Below are positions 37,734-47,118 of a stretch of 64,000 nucleotides of DNA, one piece after another (positions within the stretch are counted from its first letter, which is position 1; each line of letters starts with the position of its first letter). The position numbers and the translations under genes were made by a program. Location: positions 5,056,001 through 5,120,000 of the forward strand of contig CBDCOX010000002.1 of the NCBI GenBank assembly GCA_965219995.1, read 5' to 3'. The notes beneath the pieces are model-generated. The model saw nothing but the letters and a program-made list of their open reading frames with translations, searched no databases and had not been told where the DNA came from. Origin of the DNA: Candidatus Latescibacterota bacterium. Its GTDB lineage: Bacteria; Latescibacterota; UBA2968; GCA-2709665.

Positions 37734-39323
37734 TCAGATCCCTTTTTCCTTGCCCCGGATTCTGGGATCGAGGGTGGCGAGAAGCTCGTTGTCCTCGGTA
37801 ATCTCGATGGCCCGGACGTTGGCGGCCGCACTCCCCCTGCCCAGCGTGTATTTGACTTCCGACTTCAGGTAATCGGGCGCGATTTCTCCGAACCCTTCTT
37901 CAACGGCAACCCATTCGTTGCCCTCGGAGTGCACTCTTGGCGCGCTGACCGCCCATTCCAGGTCTTCGTCGAGCACCAGCCGCCTTGTGAGCACCTGAAA
38001 CAGTGAGGACGGTATACGGGTTCCTCCCGACGCGCCGAGCGTCATCACAGGCTCCCCGTCGCTGAGGATGAGCATGGGGCACATGTTGTTGACGGGCGCC
38101 TTGCCCGCGTCCACCGAATTGGGCAGTCCCGAGCCGGGATCGAAACGGGACATGCCGGCGTTCATGATAAGCCCCATTCTGGGTACGGTGACGAATGAAC
38201 CGAAACCCGGTCCGTGGGTCAGGGTCAGGGAAGCCATATTGCGGTCGCGGTCCACGACAGAGACGTGGGTCGTGCCGCCGTACGAAAGCGGGCGCAGCAG
38301 TGCCTGCCCGCGCGTTCCCTCCGACACGTGGTCCGCGATTTCGCGCCCTGTTGCGCCGATCTGGACGTCGGAGGTCAGGGTTTCGAGGGGTACGTTGACG
38401 AATGCGGGGTCGCCGAAATATCGGTAACGGTCCAGCCAGGCGGCGCGGATGGTTTCGGTCAGCCCGTGGGCGAGGCGTGCCGCGTCGCGGGCCCAGAGGT
38501 CCAGTTCGGCCACCTCCGCAACGCGGCACATCTGCAGTACAGTGAGGCCGCTGGAACAGAGAGGCGCGGTGTAGAGATCGTAACCGAGGCAGGACGCATG
38601 GACGGGTTCGACATGGCGGGCCTGGAAGTTCGCGAAGTCGTCTTCCGTCAGGATGCCGCCGTTTTCCCGGATATATTTGACAATTCTTCCCGCAATTCTT
38701 CCGCGGTAAAACTCATCGACCCCGCTTTTCGCGATCTGTTCGAGGACCCGGCCCAGATTCGGATTGGCTGCCCTGTCCCTGGTGGTTGGCAATGAACCGT
38801 CGACCATCAGCAGTCGTTCGGTATCCCGGGACGCGCGGATGCGTTTTTCGTTCTCCGCGACGGCGTCCGCGTACTCCGGCGACACCCGAAAGCCGTTCTT
38901 GCACGCCCGAATGGCGGGAGCAAGCGCCTGATCCAGCGGAATTTTCCCGTACTTGTCGAGTGCCGCAGCCAGCCCGGCCAGTACGCCGGGAACGGAGACC
39001 GCAAGGCAGCCGATCTCGTTGGCCCGGTTCCTGACCAGCGACCCGAAGCGCCCGTCGGAGCGGGCAACCTGGAACATCCTTCCGGTGGCGGCCCCGGGCG
39101 CTACGGTATTGAAGTCGATGCACCCGACTTCACCGTTCATATAGACCATGAGGGCCCCGCCGTAGCCGCCGATTCCGGTGTGGTGCGGCGTCACCACGCA
39201 GGCGAGCAGGGCGGCCGTGACGGCAGCATCAACCGCATTGCCTCCTTTTTTCAATATGTTGACGGCCGCGGCATCGGCTTCTGGCTGGCCGACGACAGCG
39301 GCTTCCTCAAACGTGGCCGACAC
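37734..39323 (-). CDS. ggt: gamma-glutamyltransferase family protein
   Basis: GGNAVDAA, GIGG, VPG, FYRG, nucleophile TTHVSVVD and GASGG motifs; no signal peptide. Confidence 0.9.
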   Translation of the reverse strand: MSATFEEAAVVGQPEADAAAVNILKKGGNAVDAAVTAALLACVVTPHHTGIGGYGGALMVYMNGEVGCIDFNTVAPGAATGRMFQVARSDGRFGSLVRNRANEIGCLAVSVPGVLAGLAAALDKYGKIPLDQALAPAIRACKNGFRVSPEYADAVAENEKRIRASRDTERLLMVDGSLPTTRDRAANPNLGRVLEQIAKSGVDEFYRGRIAGRIVKYIRENGGILTEDDFANFQARHVEPVHASCLGYDLYTAPLCSSGLTVLQMCRVAEVAELDLWARDAARLAHGLTETIRAAWLDRYRYFGDPAFVNVPLETLTSDVQIGATGREIADHVSEGTRGQALLRPLSYGGTTHVSVVDRDRNMASLTLTHGPGFGSFVTVPRMGLIMNAGMSRFDPGSGLPNSVDAGKAPVNNMCPMLILSDGEPVMTLGASGGTRIPSSLFQVLTRRLVLDEDLEWAVSAPRVHSEGNEWVAVEEGFGEIAPDYLKSEVKYTLGRGSAAANVRAIEITEDNELLATLDPRIRGKEKGI

Positions 39324-39444
39324 TTATATTCTACCTCCTTCCAACCCATGAAGTCCGCTGGTTTCCGTAGAATTGCGCCCCGCGAGGCGAGAATTGCCTC
39401 ATCGTCTGTCCGGGCGACTCCGGATGGTGGTTCGATAATATATG

Positions 39445-39473
39445 GCGGCCCGGTGCAGGTCAAGGTTTTTTTT
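39445..39473 (-). promoter_or_regulatory. sigma70-type promoter for ggt
   Basis: TTGACC-17 nt-TATTAT on the minus strand. Confidence 0.6.
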
Positions 39474-39569
39474 CCTTTTTTCGGCTTCAGTTCGTCGAAA
39501 CCACGTACGCCCGCCGTGAAACCGCCCGGGCCGGTCCATTGCGTTTTGACGCAGCCGCGCGGAACCCGT

Positions 39570-41729
39570 TCAGGAAGTGACGTATATGGGACTTGTCCAG
39601 GCTTTGGCGCCATCGGTCTGGGTGACCCGGACCCAGTAGGGATGGCAGCCGTCCGGGAATTCGGGCTCCCTCCAGGTGAAGGCGGCTTCCAGTCCCGTGT
39701 TTTCCGGCGCCAGCTCGAAGACAACGGCGATATCGACTCCGCCCGCTGGAATCCGGACAGGCCCGTCGGCGATTTCCCCGAGCGTGACGGTATGGGAAAC
39801 GACATTCGTCCTGAAGTCGATGGCTGCCCGCGGCGGCGCGTCAACGGTGAGTATGACGCCATCCGCATCGCCCGTGGTGACGGATTTCCAGGTCACGGAA
39901 TGGTCCGTGACCGTCCGGATACCCTCTGAAGCCGAATCGAAGGCATATCCTTCCGCGTGGCGTATCCGGCCCTCCCTGAGGGTGAGGCCGCCATCCCAGC
40001 GCACCAGGCGGTTGCGCGCACGGATTCGCTGCCCCGACCAGGCAATGCGGACTCGATCCCGCGACCGGGGTACGGTCTCGGGGTAATGGTGTACGCGCTT
40101 CAACCCTCTGAATATCTCCACGTGTTCGATGGGTGCGGTACCGATCACGTCAACCGCGATTTCCGGCGGTCCCGACGCCTTCATTTCCGAGCCCATCGGG
40201 TGTCCGTCGGCGGTGACGTTCACGAGGATCCGCTGGCCCGTGGTGCCGTAGCAGCGCCGGGCCTTCAGCGCCTCCCACAGCCCGCCCCGTGTGAGTTCGG
40301 TAGCGAACGCGCACGTGAGCCCGCCGTACACGCCGAATGTGCCGCTGCCGGGGTACGCGGCGCCGGGCCTGCCTTTGTGGTCGTCGCTTCCGGCGGTGAA
40401 CCCCACCCGATAGCCGTTCTCGAGAGCCCACCCGAGGAACCATTCGAATTCCCCCCATTCAGAGTAGACCTCCACCAGTCGCTCGAGTTCGGGGTCGTGC
40501 CAGTCCAGATTGGCGTAGCGGCCGCCCACGTGCGGCACGAGCAGGACGTCTCTTCCCTCCATCGCCCTGTAAAGGTCCTTTATGTGCAGGCAATCCGTAT
40601 GGGCGTCGGATTTGTCCGGTACCAGGACATGGCTGGAGCGATGGAGGGGACCTGCGTCGCCGGGGAAATACACGTTGTGATCACCGCCGACCGGCGTGTT
40701 GCCGGACCATTCGTACCCGACGAACGCGACAAACCGCCCGGGATCGTTCTGGATGTTCGCCTGGCGTCGGATTTCCTCCCAGACGGCTTCGGTGATCTGA
40801 AAATCGTTCCCCTGATGTCCTGCGAAGTCGACGAAGGCCGACTCCCGCGCGAAGCGAAAGTACGACGAAACCGGGTTGGTTCCCACGGTCTCTTCGCTCT
40901 GTCCGTGCAGGTCGCCCCAGAATGGACGGTACCCCGTCCCGTTTTCAACGCACCTCAACGGATTGCTTATGGCGTTAAGGCCCAGCCGCCTGTCGGAGAC
41001 GCCGATGCGAAAGACGCCGCTTTCGGGCGCGCGGACATCGTCGAACCGGCGGGTTCCCCGATCTTCCGGGCGGAAGCCGAATGTCTCAGGAAGCCCGGAA
41101 AGGCCGTCGGGATCCACCGTGACTTCGCCGGTATAGTCCCGGCACGGGTTTCCCCATTCATCCTCCGCCTTTATGCCCACCCATGCGGATTCGCCGGGGG
41201 CGGTCTCCGAAGCGCAGACCGCGACGAGCTTGTGCGGCGCCCCGCTGACGATCGGTACGGCCGGCGAAGGCACTTCCACGTAGACCCAGGTGCCGCACCA
41301 GTCGACGGCTACGCGGAATTCAAACCGGTCCTTGCAGAAGGTCTGCGCCCGGATGCCCGGCGATCCCCCCGACGTGTCTCCCAGGATGAGGGTGACCGTG
41401 TCGCCTTCGGAAAGCGAGTCGTCGAAGACATCGATGGTGACGCACCTGCGCCACGGCCGCACGTAGCGCTGCTTTTCAAAGGCGGGGCGGAGCGACGCGG
41501 GTCCCGTGGTGGATACCGAGGCGTACCCCGTCGCGGCCGGATCGTCGAACCGGGGCGCCTCCCAGTCGCTGACGTCGCGCCAGGCGATCTTGATGACACC
41601 GCCGTCATCCACGCCGTATCGGCCGGCGTGATAGACGATACGCCACGTGCCGGTGGCGCCCGCCGTCACCGGGCGGTCCGGGTCGATTTCGGCCCACCCG
41701 TAACGCTCGCGAATTTCCGCTTCGACCAT
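39570..41729 (-). CDS. DUF3604 / PHP-like metallohydrolase
   Basis: WGDLHGQS, GYEWS, GGDHNV, GSDDH, ARRCYGTTG, YWVRVTQ and AWTSPI motifs. Confidence 0.85.
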   Translation of the reverse strand: MVEAEIRERYGWAEIDPDRPVTAGATGTWRIVYHAGRYGVDDGGVIKIAWRDVSDWEAPRFDDPAATGYASVSTTGPASLRPAFEKQRYVRPWRRCVTIDVFDDSLSEGDTVTLILGDTSGGSPGIRAQTFCKDRFEFRVAVDWCGTWVYVEVPSPAVPIVSGAPHKLVAVCASETAPGESAWVGIKAEDEWGNPCRDYTGEVTVDPDGLSGLPETFGFRPEDRGTRRFDDVRAPESGVFRIGVSDRRLGLNAISNPLRCVENGTGYRPFWGDLHGQSEETVGTNPVSSYFRFARESAFVDFAGHQGNDFQITEAVWEEIRRQANIQNDPGRFVAFVGYEWSGNTPVGGDHNVYFPGDAGPLHRSSHVLVPDKSDAHTDCLHIKDLYRAMEGRDVLLVPHVGGRYANLDWHDPELERLVEVYSEWGEFEWFLGWALENGYRVGFTAGSDDHKGRPGAAYPGSGTFGVYGGLTCAFATELTRGGLWEALKARRCYGTTGQRILVNVTADGHPMGSEMKASGPPEIAVDVIGTAPIEHVEIFRGLKRVHHYPETVPRSRDRVRIAWSGQRIRARNRLVRWDGGLTLREGRIRHAEGYAFDSASEGIRTVTDHSVTWKSVTTGDADGVILTVDAPPRAAIDFRTNVVSHTVTLGEIADGPVRIPAGGVDIAVVFELAPENTGLEAAFTWREPEFPDGCHPYWVRVTQTDGAKAWTSPIYVTS

Positions 41730-42032
41730 TGCTGTTTTCCTTTGGAAGACGCCGGGTGCGGCTGCCTGGCGGTCCGTTCGCCGGGGTCCGGCACGGGTTT
41801 CCGCGCGGCTGTGCAAGACCCTCGATGGCGGCGCGGACGCGCCGGGGGGCGAATCAAGATATGGCTTATTCAATGGGGAACAAGAGAAATCAGGGCCGGG
41901 TTTCACGTGCCTGTTCCGCTTGACGCAAGGTCGCTTTCGGGTTAACTTTTCGGCAGGTCGCGTCGTTCGCGGTACCATTCCATCCGTCCGCCTTCAACCC
42001 TGTCCGAATAGACCGGCACGCGGTCACAACCG

Positions 42033-42317
42033 ATGTCCGAAACCCTTCCCGTGGTCAGGCTCTTATCCAGGAACGACTGCCATCTGTGCGACGTCGCGAA
42101 AGGGCGCATCCGGGTGGCCGGTAGGCGTGTCCCGTTCCGTCTGGAGATCGTCGACGTCGATAGCGATCCTGAACTGGCCGCGCGATATACCGAACGGGTT
42201 CCCGTCGTACAGGTGAACGGTGAAGAGTTGTTTTCCTTCCGGGTCAACGAGAGGGTCCTGGTGCGAAAGCTGAAGTCGCTGTCGTCCCGGCCGAGGAGAA
42301 GCGATGGGTGGGGATGA
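42033..42317 (+). CDS. glutaredoxin-like protein (DUF836)
   Basis: CHLC motif and ARY..RVPV. Confidence 0.85.
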   Translation: MSETLPVVRLLSRNDCHLCDVAKGRIRVAGRRVPFRLEIVDVDSDPELAARYTERVPVVQVNGEELFSFRVNERVLVRKLKSLSSRPRRSDGWG

Positions 42318-43638
42318 TCTGTTCGCCGCGCTCGAACCGGAGGCGCCGCTTGCGGACCGGATGAGGCCGCGCTGCCTGGATGAGGTCCGCGGGCAGGATC
42401 ATCTCACGGCGGCCGGCGCGCCGTTTCGCAAGTTGATCGAAGGCGACCGCGCGCCGTCGATGATCTTCTGGGGGCCGCCCGGATCGGGAAAGACCACGCT
42501 GGCGCGTCTCGTGGCCGAGTCCACGGAGAGCCGGTTCGTTGCGTTCAGCGCGGTCACCTCCGGGGTGAAAGAGGTGAGGGAAATCGTCGCGCGCGCAAAG
42601 GGGGACCGCCGGACGGGGAGGCGCACCACCCTTTTCATCGACGAGATTCACCGGTTCAACCGGGCGCAACAGGACGCGTTTCTGCCGCATGTCGAAGACG
42701 GTACCATCAGTCTGATCGGAGCCACGACCGAAAACCCTTCATTCGAGGTGAACGCGGCATTGCTTTCGCGGATGCAGGTGTTCGTGCTGAATCTGCTGGA
42801 CGTCCCTGCAATATGCGATATTCTTGACGCCGCGCTTGCCGGCGACGGACGCGGGCTGCCGGACGTCAGCGCCGACCCGGATGCCCTGGAGGCGATTGCG
42901 GGCGCGGCGGAGGGAGACGCCCGACGCGCGTTGAATGTCCTCGAAATGGCCTCGGCGTCCCTGGGCCCGGGCGAACGGTTGTCCGTGGAATCCGTCAGGG
43001 CGGCGATGGGCGGCAAGGCGTTTCTGTACGACAAGAGCGGCGAGGAACACTACAATCTGATTTCGGCGCTTCACAAGAGTCTGAGGGACAGCGATCCGCA
43101 CGCGTCGCTCTATTGGCTGGCGCGCATGATGGAAGCGGGCGAACACCCGCACTACATCCTCCGTCGCATGGTCCGGTTCGCGTCGGAAGACATCGGGAAC
43201 GCCGACCCCAGAGCGCTTTCTGTTGCGCTGGCCGCAAAGGACGCGTACGATTTTCTGGGCAGCCCGGAGGGCGATCTGGCCATCGCGCACGCAGCCGTCT
43301 ATCTGGCCACCGCGGACAAGAGCAATTCGGTCTACGCGGCCTACGGCAAAGCGCGGAAGGATGTGATGGAACAGCCGAATCTTCCCGTGCCGATGCACCT
43401 CAGGAACGCGCCGACGGACCTGATGCAGGAGTTGGGATACGGACGGGGATACCAGTACGCGCACGACAATCCCGAGGGATTCGTGGCGCAGAGCCATCTT
43501 CCGGAAAATCTGCAGGGACGGGAATATTACCGACCCACCGATCGGGGATACGAGCAGCGCATCAGGGAATTGATGGACTGGTGGGATGCATTGAGAGCGC
43601 AAAAGTCGCAACTGGAAAGCACCCGGGACGACGGTTGA
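42304..43638 (+). CDS. rarA: replication-associated recombination protein A (MgsA)
   Basis: PLADRMRP, GPPGSGKTT, DEIHRFN, GATTENPSF, ISALHKS, SEDIGNAD and VPMHLRNAPT motifs. Confidence 0.97.
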   Translation: MGGDDLFAALEPEAPLADRMRPRCLDEVRGQDHLTAAGAPFRKLIEGDRAPSMIFWGPPGSGKTTLARLVAESTESRFVAFSAVTSGVKEVREIVARAKGDRRTGRRTTLFIDEIHRFNRAQQDAFLPHVEDGTISLIGATTENPSFEVNAALLSRMQVFVLNLLDVPAICDILDAALAGDGRGLPDVSADPDALEAIAGAAEGDARRALNVLEMASASLGPGERLSVESVRAAMGGKAFLYDKSGEEHYNLISALHKSLRDSDPHASLYWLARMMEAGEHPHYILRRMVRFASEDIGNADPRALSVALAAKDAYDFLGSPEGDLAIAHAAVYLATADKSNSVYAAYGKARKDVMEQPNLPVPMHLRNAPTDLMQELGYGRGYQYAHDNPEGFVAQSHLPENLQGREYYRPTDRGYEQRIRELMDWWDALRAQKSQLESTRDDG

Positions 43639-43679
43639 CGTTCAGGAAGTGCATCCGGGATTGTGTATATTACGGGGGG

Positions 43680-43872
43680 CGCCTGAAATCGGTGAGACGG
43701 GAGACGGGAGACGGTAGAAGACGTCATTGCCTGACCGGATGTTCCTATATGCCTTTGGCAAGCAATGAAACCGCAGGGCGCAATCACATCATCTCACGTC
43801 TTACGTCTACCCTCTCACCGCCTTTTACTGACCACTGGCCACTGTCCACTATCTACTGCTCTTGGTAATAAC
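43680..43872 (-). repeat. heptamer-bounded intergenic element, copy B (inverted relative to A)
   Basis: Reverse complement aligns end to end with 37512-37690, carrying about two extra GGAGACG heptamers. Confidence 0.9.
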
Positions 43873-43892
43873 GTCCAGAAGGGAGGCGAAAC

Positions 43893-43946
43893 ATGAGGCT
43901 GACCGCGACAATCCACCCGACCTATCCGCCTCCTGAGGGCTTCTGA
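43893..43946 (+). CDS. putative leader peptide MRLTATIHPTYPPPEGF
   Basis: Strong SD AAGGGAGG upstream of the ATG; 17 codons ending TGA; followed by a terminator. Confidence 0.5.
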   Translation: MRLTATIHPTYPPPEGF

Positions 43947-43990
43947 CGGATTCATAGCCGGTTATTTCACGACTCGATTGCCTCTCCGGA

Positions 43991-44023
43991 GCCGCGGGTA
44001 GGATTATGTCCCGTGGTTTTTTT
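43991..44023 (+). terminator. intrinsic terminator upstream of the sigma-region-4 gene (attenuator candidate)
   Basis: GCCGCGGG/CCCGTGGT stem followed by a T7 run. Confidence 0.7.
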
Positions 44024-44072
44024 GTGGCCGCAGGTGCGGTCTGTACGCAACACGGAGGAGACGATCGAGCTT

Positions 44073-44465
44073 ATGTATCATCCGGATTTCTGGGAAGTAC
44101 AGCTGGAACAACGCGAACTGGAAAAGGTCCCCAACGAGGACGGCCTCTGGTTCGAGTCGCGGGAAGACAGGCGGCTGCGATACATGTGGGAGGACCGGGT
44201 CGCGGCAGCGGCGTTGCGGATTCTCGCTGCGGTGCCGGGCTGCCTGACGGAAAAACAGAGGGAGGCGACGCTGCTGTATTTCTGCCACGGGAAGACGCAG
44301 CGCGAAATCGCGGAGATCATGGGAATTTCCAGGCGCGTGGTCAGCCAGCACCTTTTCGGTATTACGCGCGGCGGGCGGAAGGTGGGTGGCGCGGTACGTA
44401 AATTGAGAAAGTTCTGTAAGGATGAGGGGTTGGGATTCGGTGTCCGCGGATCCGCATCGTCCTGA
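44073..44465 (+). CDS. stand-alone sigma70 region-4 HTH protein
   Basis: LTEKQREATLLYFCHGKTQREIAEIMGISRRVVSQHL; no region 2 recognisable; start uncertain. Confidence 0.8.
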   Translation: MYHPDFWEVQLEQRELEKVPNEDGLWFESREDRRLRYMWEDRVAAAALRILAAVPGCLTEKQREATLLYFCHGKTQREIAEIMGISRRVVSQHLFGITRGGRKVGGAVRKLRKFCKDEGLGFGVRGSASS

Positions 44466-44480
44466 ACGTCGACAGCAGGT

Positions 44481-45683
44481 TCAGACCGCCCATCTTCGCA
44501 TCTTTTCTTCGTCAAGTTCAACGCCCAGCCCGGGCAGTTCGAAGGGTTCCAGCGTACCGTCCCGGTACCTGAACGGCGTTTTGCAGACGTCGTCCACCAG
44601 AAGGGCGGGCCCCACGAGGTCCGAGGGAACGGTGACGTTTTCGGATGCCACGGCGAGGTGCACGAATGCGGCGGTGCCGGGCCCCATTTCCACGGTGCTG
44701 CCCAGCAGCACGGGGATTCCCGCGGCCTGCGCGACGTGGATCAGGCGCTGGCTGCGCAGGATGCCGCCGGCCTGGGAGGGGATCAGGTTGAAGACGTCCA
44801 CGGCCCGGCGGCGCACGAGCGCCGTGGAGAAGCCATCGTCGAGATCGGCCACGTGTTCGATGATCTGGACGGGGGTCTGTTTCCTGACGCGCGCCAGCGA
44901 GCATGCCGCTGCATCGGCGTTCCTGTTGATCCGCTGGGGATCGTCGTTGGCCACGGCGCGATTCACCGCAACCACCGGTGTTTCGCATGCGTCGATGCCG
45001 GCCGCGGCCATATCCCGGATCTTTGCAATGGCTTCGTCCTCTTCCCACGCGCCGCTGGCGTCGGCCTTCAGATAGACGTCAGGGCCCGCCACCTCGCGGA
45101 ACCGCGCGATTCGTTCCAGGTCGCGTGAATGATCCTCGCCGACCTTCAATTTGAATGCGCGAAGTCCCCGCGAGACCATGGTTTGGATTTCCTCTTCAAG
45201 CGCGTCGAGCTCTTCGTGCAGCGAAAGGCCCCGCCGCATATAGGCGACCCAGCAGACGTGCACGCGTTCGTGACGGCGTCCGCCAAGGAGTTCGTACAGG
45301 GGGGCGCCGTAATGTTTTCCGGCCAGGTCGAGCAACGCGATCTCCACGCCGAACAGGATGAGACCCCGGAGCTCCGGGTGAATGCCGGCTGGCAGTTCCG
45401 CGGCGATACCCCTGTGCAAGGCGTGGCGATCGGCGACGTCTCCGTCCTTCAACTCCCGCAAGAGGAAATCGCACAGATCGGCGCCCGCGAGAGGGTTCAT
45501 GCGGTCCGCAATGTCCGGGACTTCGCCCAGCCCGACGTGCTCCGTATCCGTGAAGAACTCCAGAATCTGATATCTCGATCGACTCAGGTCCTCGTCGGGC
45601 TGGAGGCCCTGCGGATCCGCGGCATAGGTGGTGTAAATGCGCGGAACCGAGACTTCCCGCACGTGGATGTCGACGATCTTCAC
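44481..45683 (-). CDS. mandelate racemase/muconate-lactonizing enzyme family protein
   Basis: GLGE, EIALLDLAGK..GAPLYELLGG, FKLKVG and PGLGVELD motifs. Confidence 0.9.
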   Translation of the reverse strand: MKIVDIHVREVSVPRIYTTYAADPQGLQPDEDLSRSRYQILEFFTDTEHVGLGEVPDIADRMNPLAGADLCDFLLRELKDGDVADRHALHRGIAAELPAGIHPELRGLILFGVEIALLDLAGKHYGAPLYELLGGRRHERVHVCWVAYMRRGLSLHEELDALEEEIQTMVSRGLRAFKLKVGEDHSRDLERIARFREVAGPDVYLKADASGAWEEDEAIAKIRDMAAAGIDACETPVVAVNRAVANDDPQRINRNADAAACSLARVRKQTPVQIIEHVADLDDGFSTALVRRRAVDVFNLIPSQAGGILRSQRLIHVAQAAGIPVLLGSTVEMGPGTAAFVHLAVASENVTVPSDLVGPALLVDDVCKTPFRYRDGTLEPFELPGLGVELDEEKMRRWAV

Positions 45684-45701
45684 GGGTGCGTACCTCCCGT
45701 T

Positions 45702-46040
45702 TCAAACGGGGCCGGTCGTGCCGAGCTGATTTCGCGAATACGACAGGAGGGCGGCCGTGAGGATGCTGGCAATGAGCAGCACGCCCGCGGGCATCAGCTT
45801 TCGGGTCCTGATGAACCGGCTCAGCGAAATTCCGGTAAGCAGCAGGGATAGCATCAGGCCGATGAGTAAACCCGTTGCCGGATCGGTCATTCCGGTCCAG
45901 CAGGCATAGAGCGCGACCAGGCCGCTGATGCCGCCCGCGGCGAGCGAAACCGAACTGTCCGACTTGAGCTTGCCCATGACGCCGCCCGCGATCAGCAGGA
46001 TGCCGTAGAACGCCAGGACGGTTTGCGCGAGTTGAAGCAT
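45702..46040 (-). CDS. TMEM14-family membrane protein
   Basis: YGILLIAGGVMG...S..SLAAG and RF.RTRKLMPAG signatures; GGAGG RBS. Confidence 0.85.
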   Translation of the reverse strand: MLQLAQTVLAFYGILLIAGGVMGKLKSDSSVSLAAGGISGLVALYACWTGMTDPATGLLIGLMLSLLLTGISLSRFIRTRKLMPAGVLLIASILTAALLSYSRNQLGTTGPV

Positions 46041-46066
46041 GCGATTCCTCCGGTTGCGGTTGACGT

Positions 46067-47071
46067 TCACCCGGTGCGGTATTTGTCGACAGTGGCCATA
46101 TCCAGCTTCACGCCCAGCCCCGGGCCTTCGGGCAGAACAAAGTGCCCGTCTTCTACGACCAGGGCGCCGTTCACGACGTCGGCCACGCGGGTGAACGGCA
46201 GTTCGTCGCACGGCAGGGTCGCGTTGGGTATGGTGGCCTGTACGTGCACGGAATAGGCCGCGAGGACGCCCAGGCACAACCCTCCCATCTGCACCCAGCA
46301 CGGCACGTCGTCGGCTTCCGCGAGGGCGGCGGACTTCTTCACCTGCTGCGCCGGCCCCCCCAAATTGACGTAATCGATGCATTCGGCCTTCAGCGCGTTC
46401 AATACCCCTCCCGGCGGCCCCAGGTGCAGCGCGATGGGAATATGGGTCTTCTCGCGGAGGAGGCGGTACCAGTCCAGGTTGTTCTTTCGCACGGGATCTT
46501 CGAAGTTGGCGACGGTCCCGATGGGTTCCAGTTCGCCCGCCAGGCGTGCGGCGGCGCTGGGTCGCTGAAAAGCGGTATTGGGATCGACGCCGACGGTGTA
46601 ATCCGGTCCGGCGGCCTCCTTCATGAGCCGGACCGTTTCCACGATGTTCCACGGGCGCGCCTTGAGCTTGTGGTTGGTGAAGCCCTGAGCGGCGCCGACC
46701 GCGGCTTCGGCCGCCGTCTCCTCGGGCTGCATGGCGCAGGACCAGTACGAAACGGGGATGCGGTCACGGACCTTTTCGCCAAGGAAACGCCAGAGCGGGA
46801 TGCCGTAGGCCTGTCCGGCGACGTCCAGGAGCGCGCACGTGAAGGGGTCGGGATGCGCGAACGGATCCAGGGAAAGGGGATCCTGCCCGGCGAGCGCGGC
46901 GGCCGCATCGGCGAACTGGGCGGGTTCGCCCTGGCATTCGCCGATGCCCTCGATTCCGCCGTCGGTGTGAATGCGGCACAGCGTGATGGAATAGATCTTG
47001 GGATGGTATCTGGCGATGGGCGGAATGGGCGGAATTTCCACTTCGAACAGGTCGACTTCGGTGATTTTCAC
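46067..47071 (-). CDS. mandelate racemase/muconate-lactonizing enzyme family protein
   Basis: TDGGIEGIGE, ALLDVAGQAYGIPL, HKLKAR, VDPN, FEDP and GPGLGV motifs. Confidence 0.88.
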   Translation of the reverse strand: MKITEVDLFEVEIPPIPPIARYHPKIYSITLCRIHTDGGIEGIGECQGEPAQFADAAAALAGQDPLSLDPFAHPDPFTCALLDVAGQAYGIPLWRFLGEKVRDRIPVSYWSCAMQPEETAAEAAVGAAQGFTNHKLKARPWNIVETVRLMKEAAGPDYTVGVDPNTAFQRPSAAARLAGELEPIGTVANFEDPVRKNNLDWYRLLREKTHIPIALHLGPPGGVLNALKAECIDYVNLGGPAQQVKKSAALAEADDVPCWVQMGGLCLGVLAAYSVHVQATIPNATLPCDELPFTRVADVVNGALVVEDGHFVLPEGPGLGVKLDMATVDKYRTG

Positions 47072-47118
47072 TGCGGGCCTCCTTTGAAACGCGCGAGCCG
47101 TCTATCGGTCTTTTCCAG

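Noticed and set aside
39380-39445. GGTTCGA T-loop-like motif suggesting a tRNA
   Set aside because: No cloverleaf or acceptor stem can be built, and it overlaps the predicted ggt promoter on the other strand.
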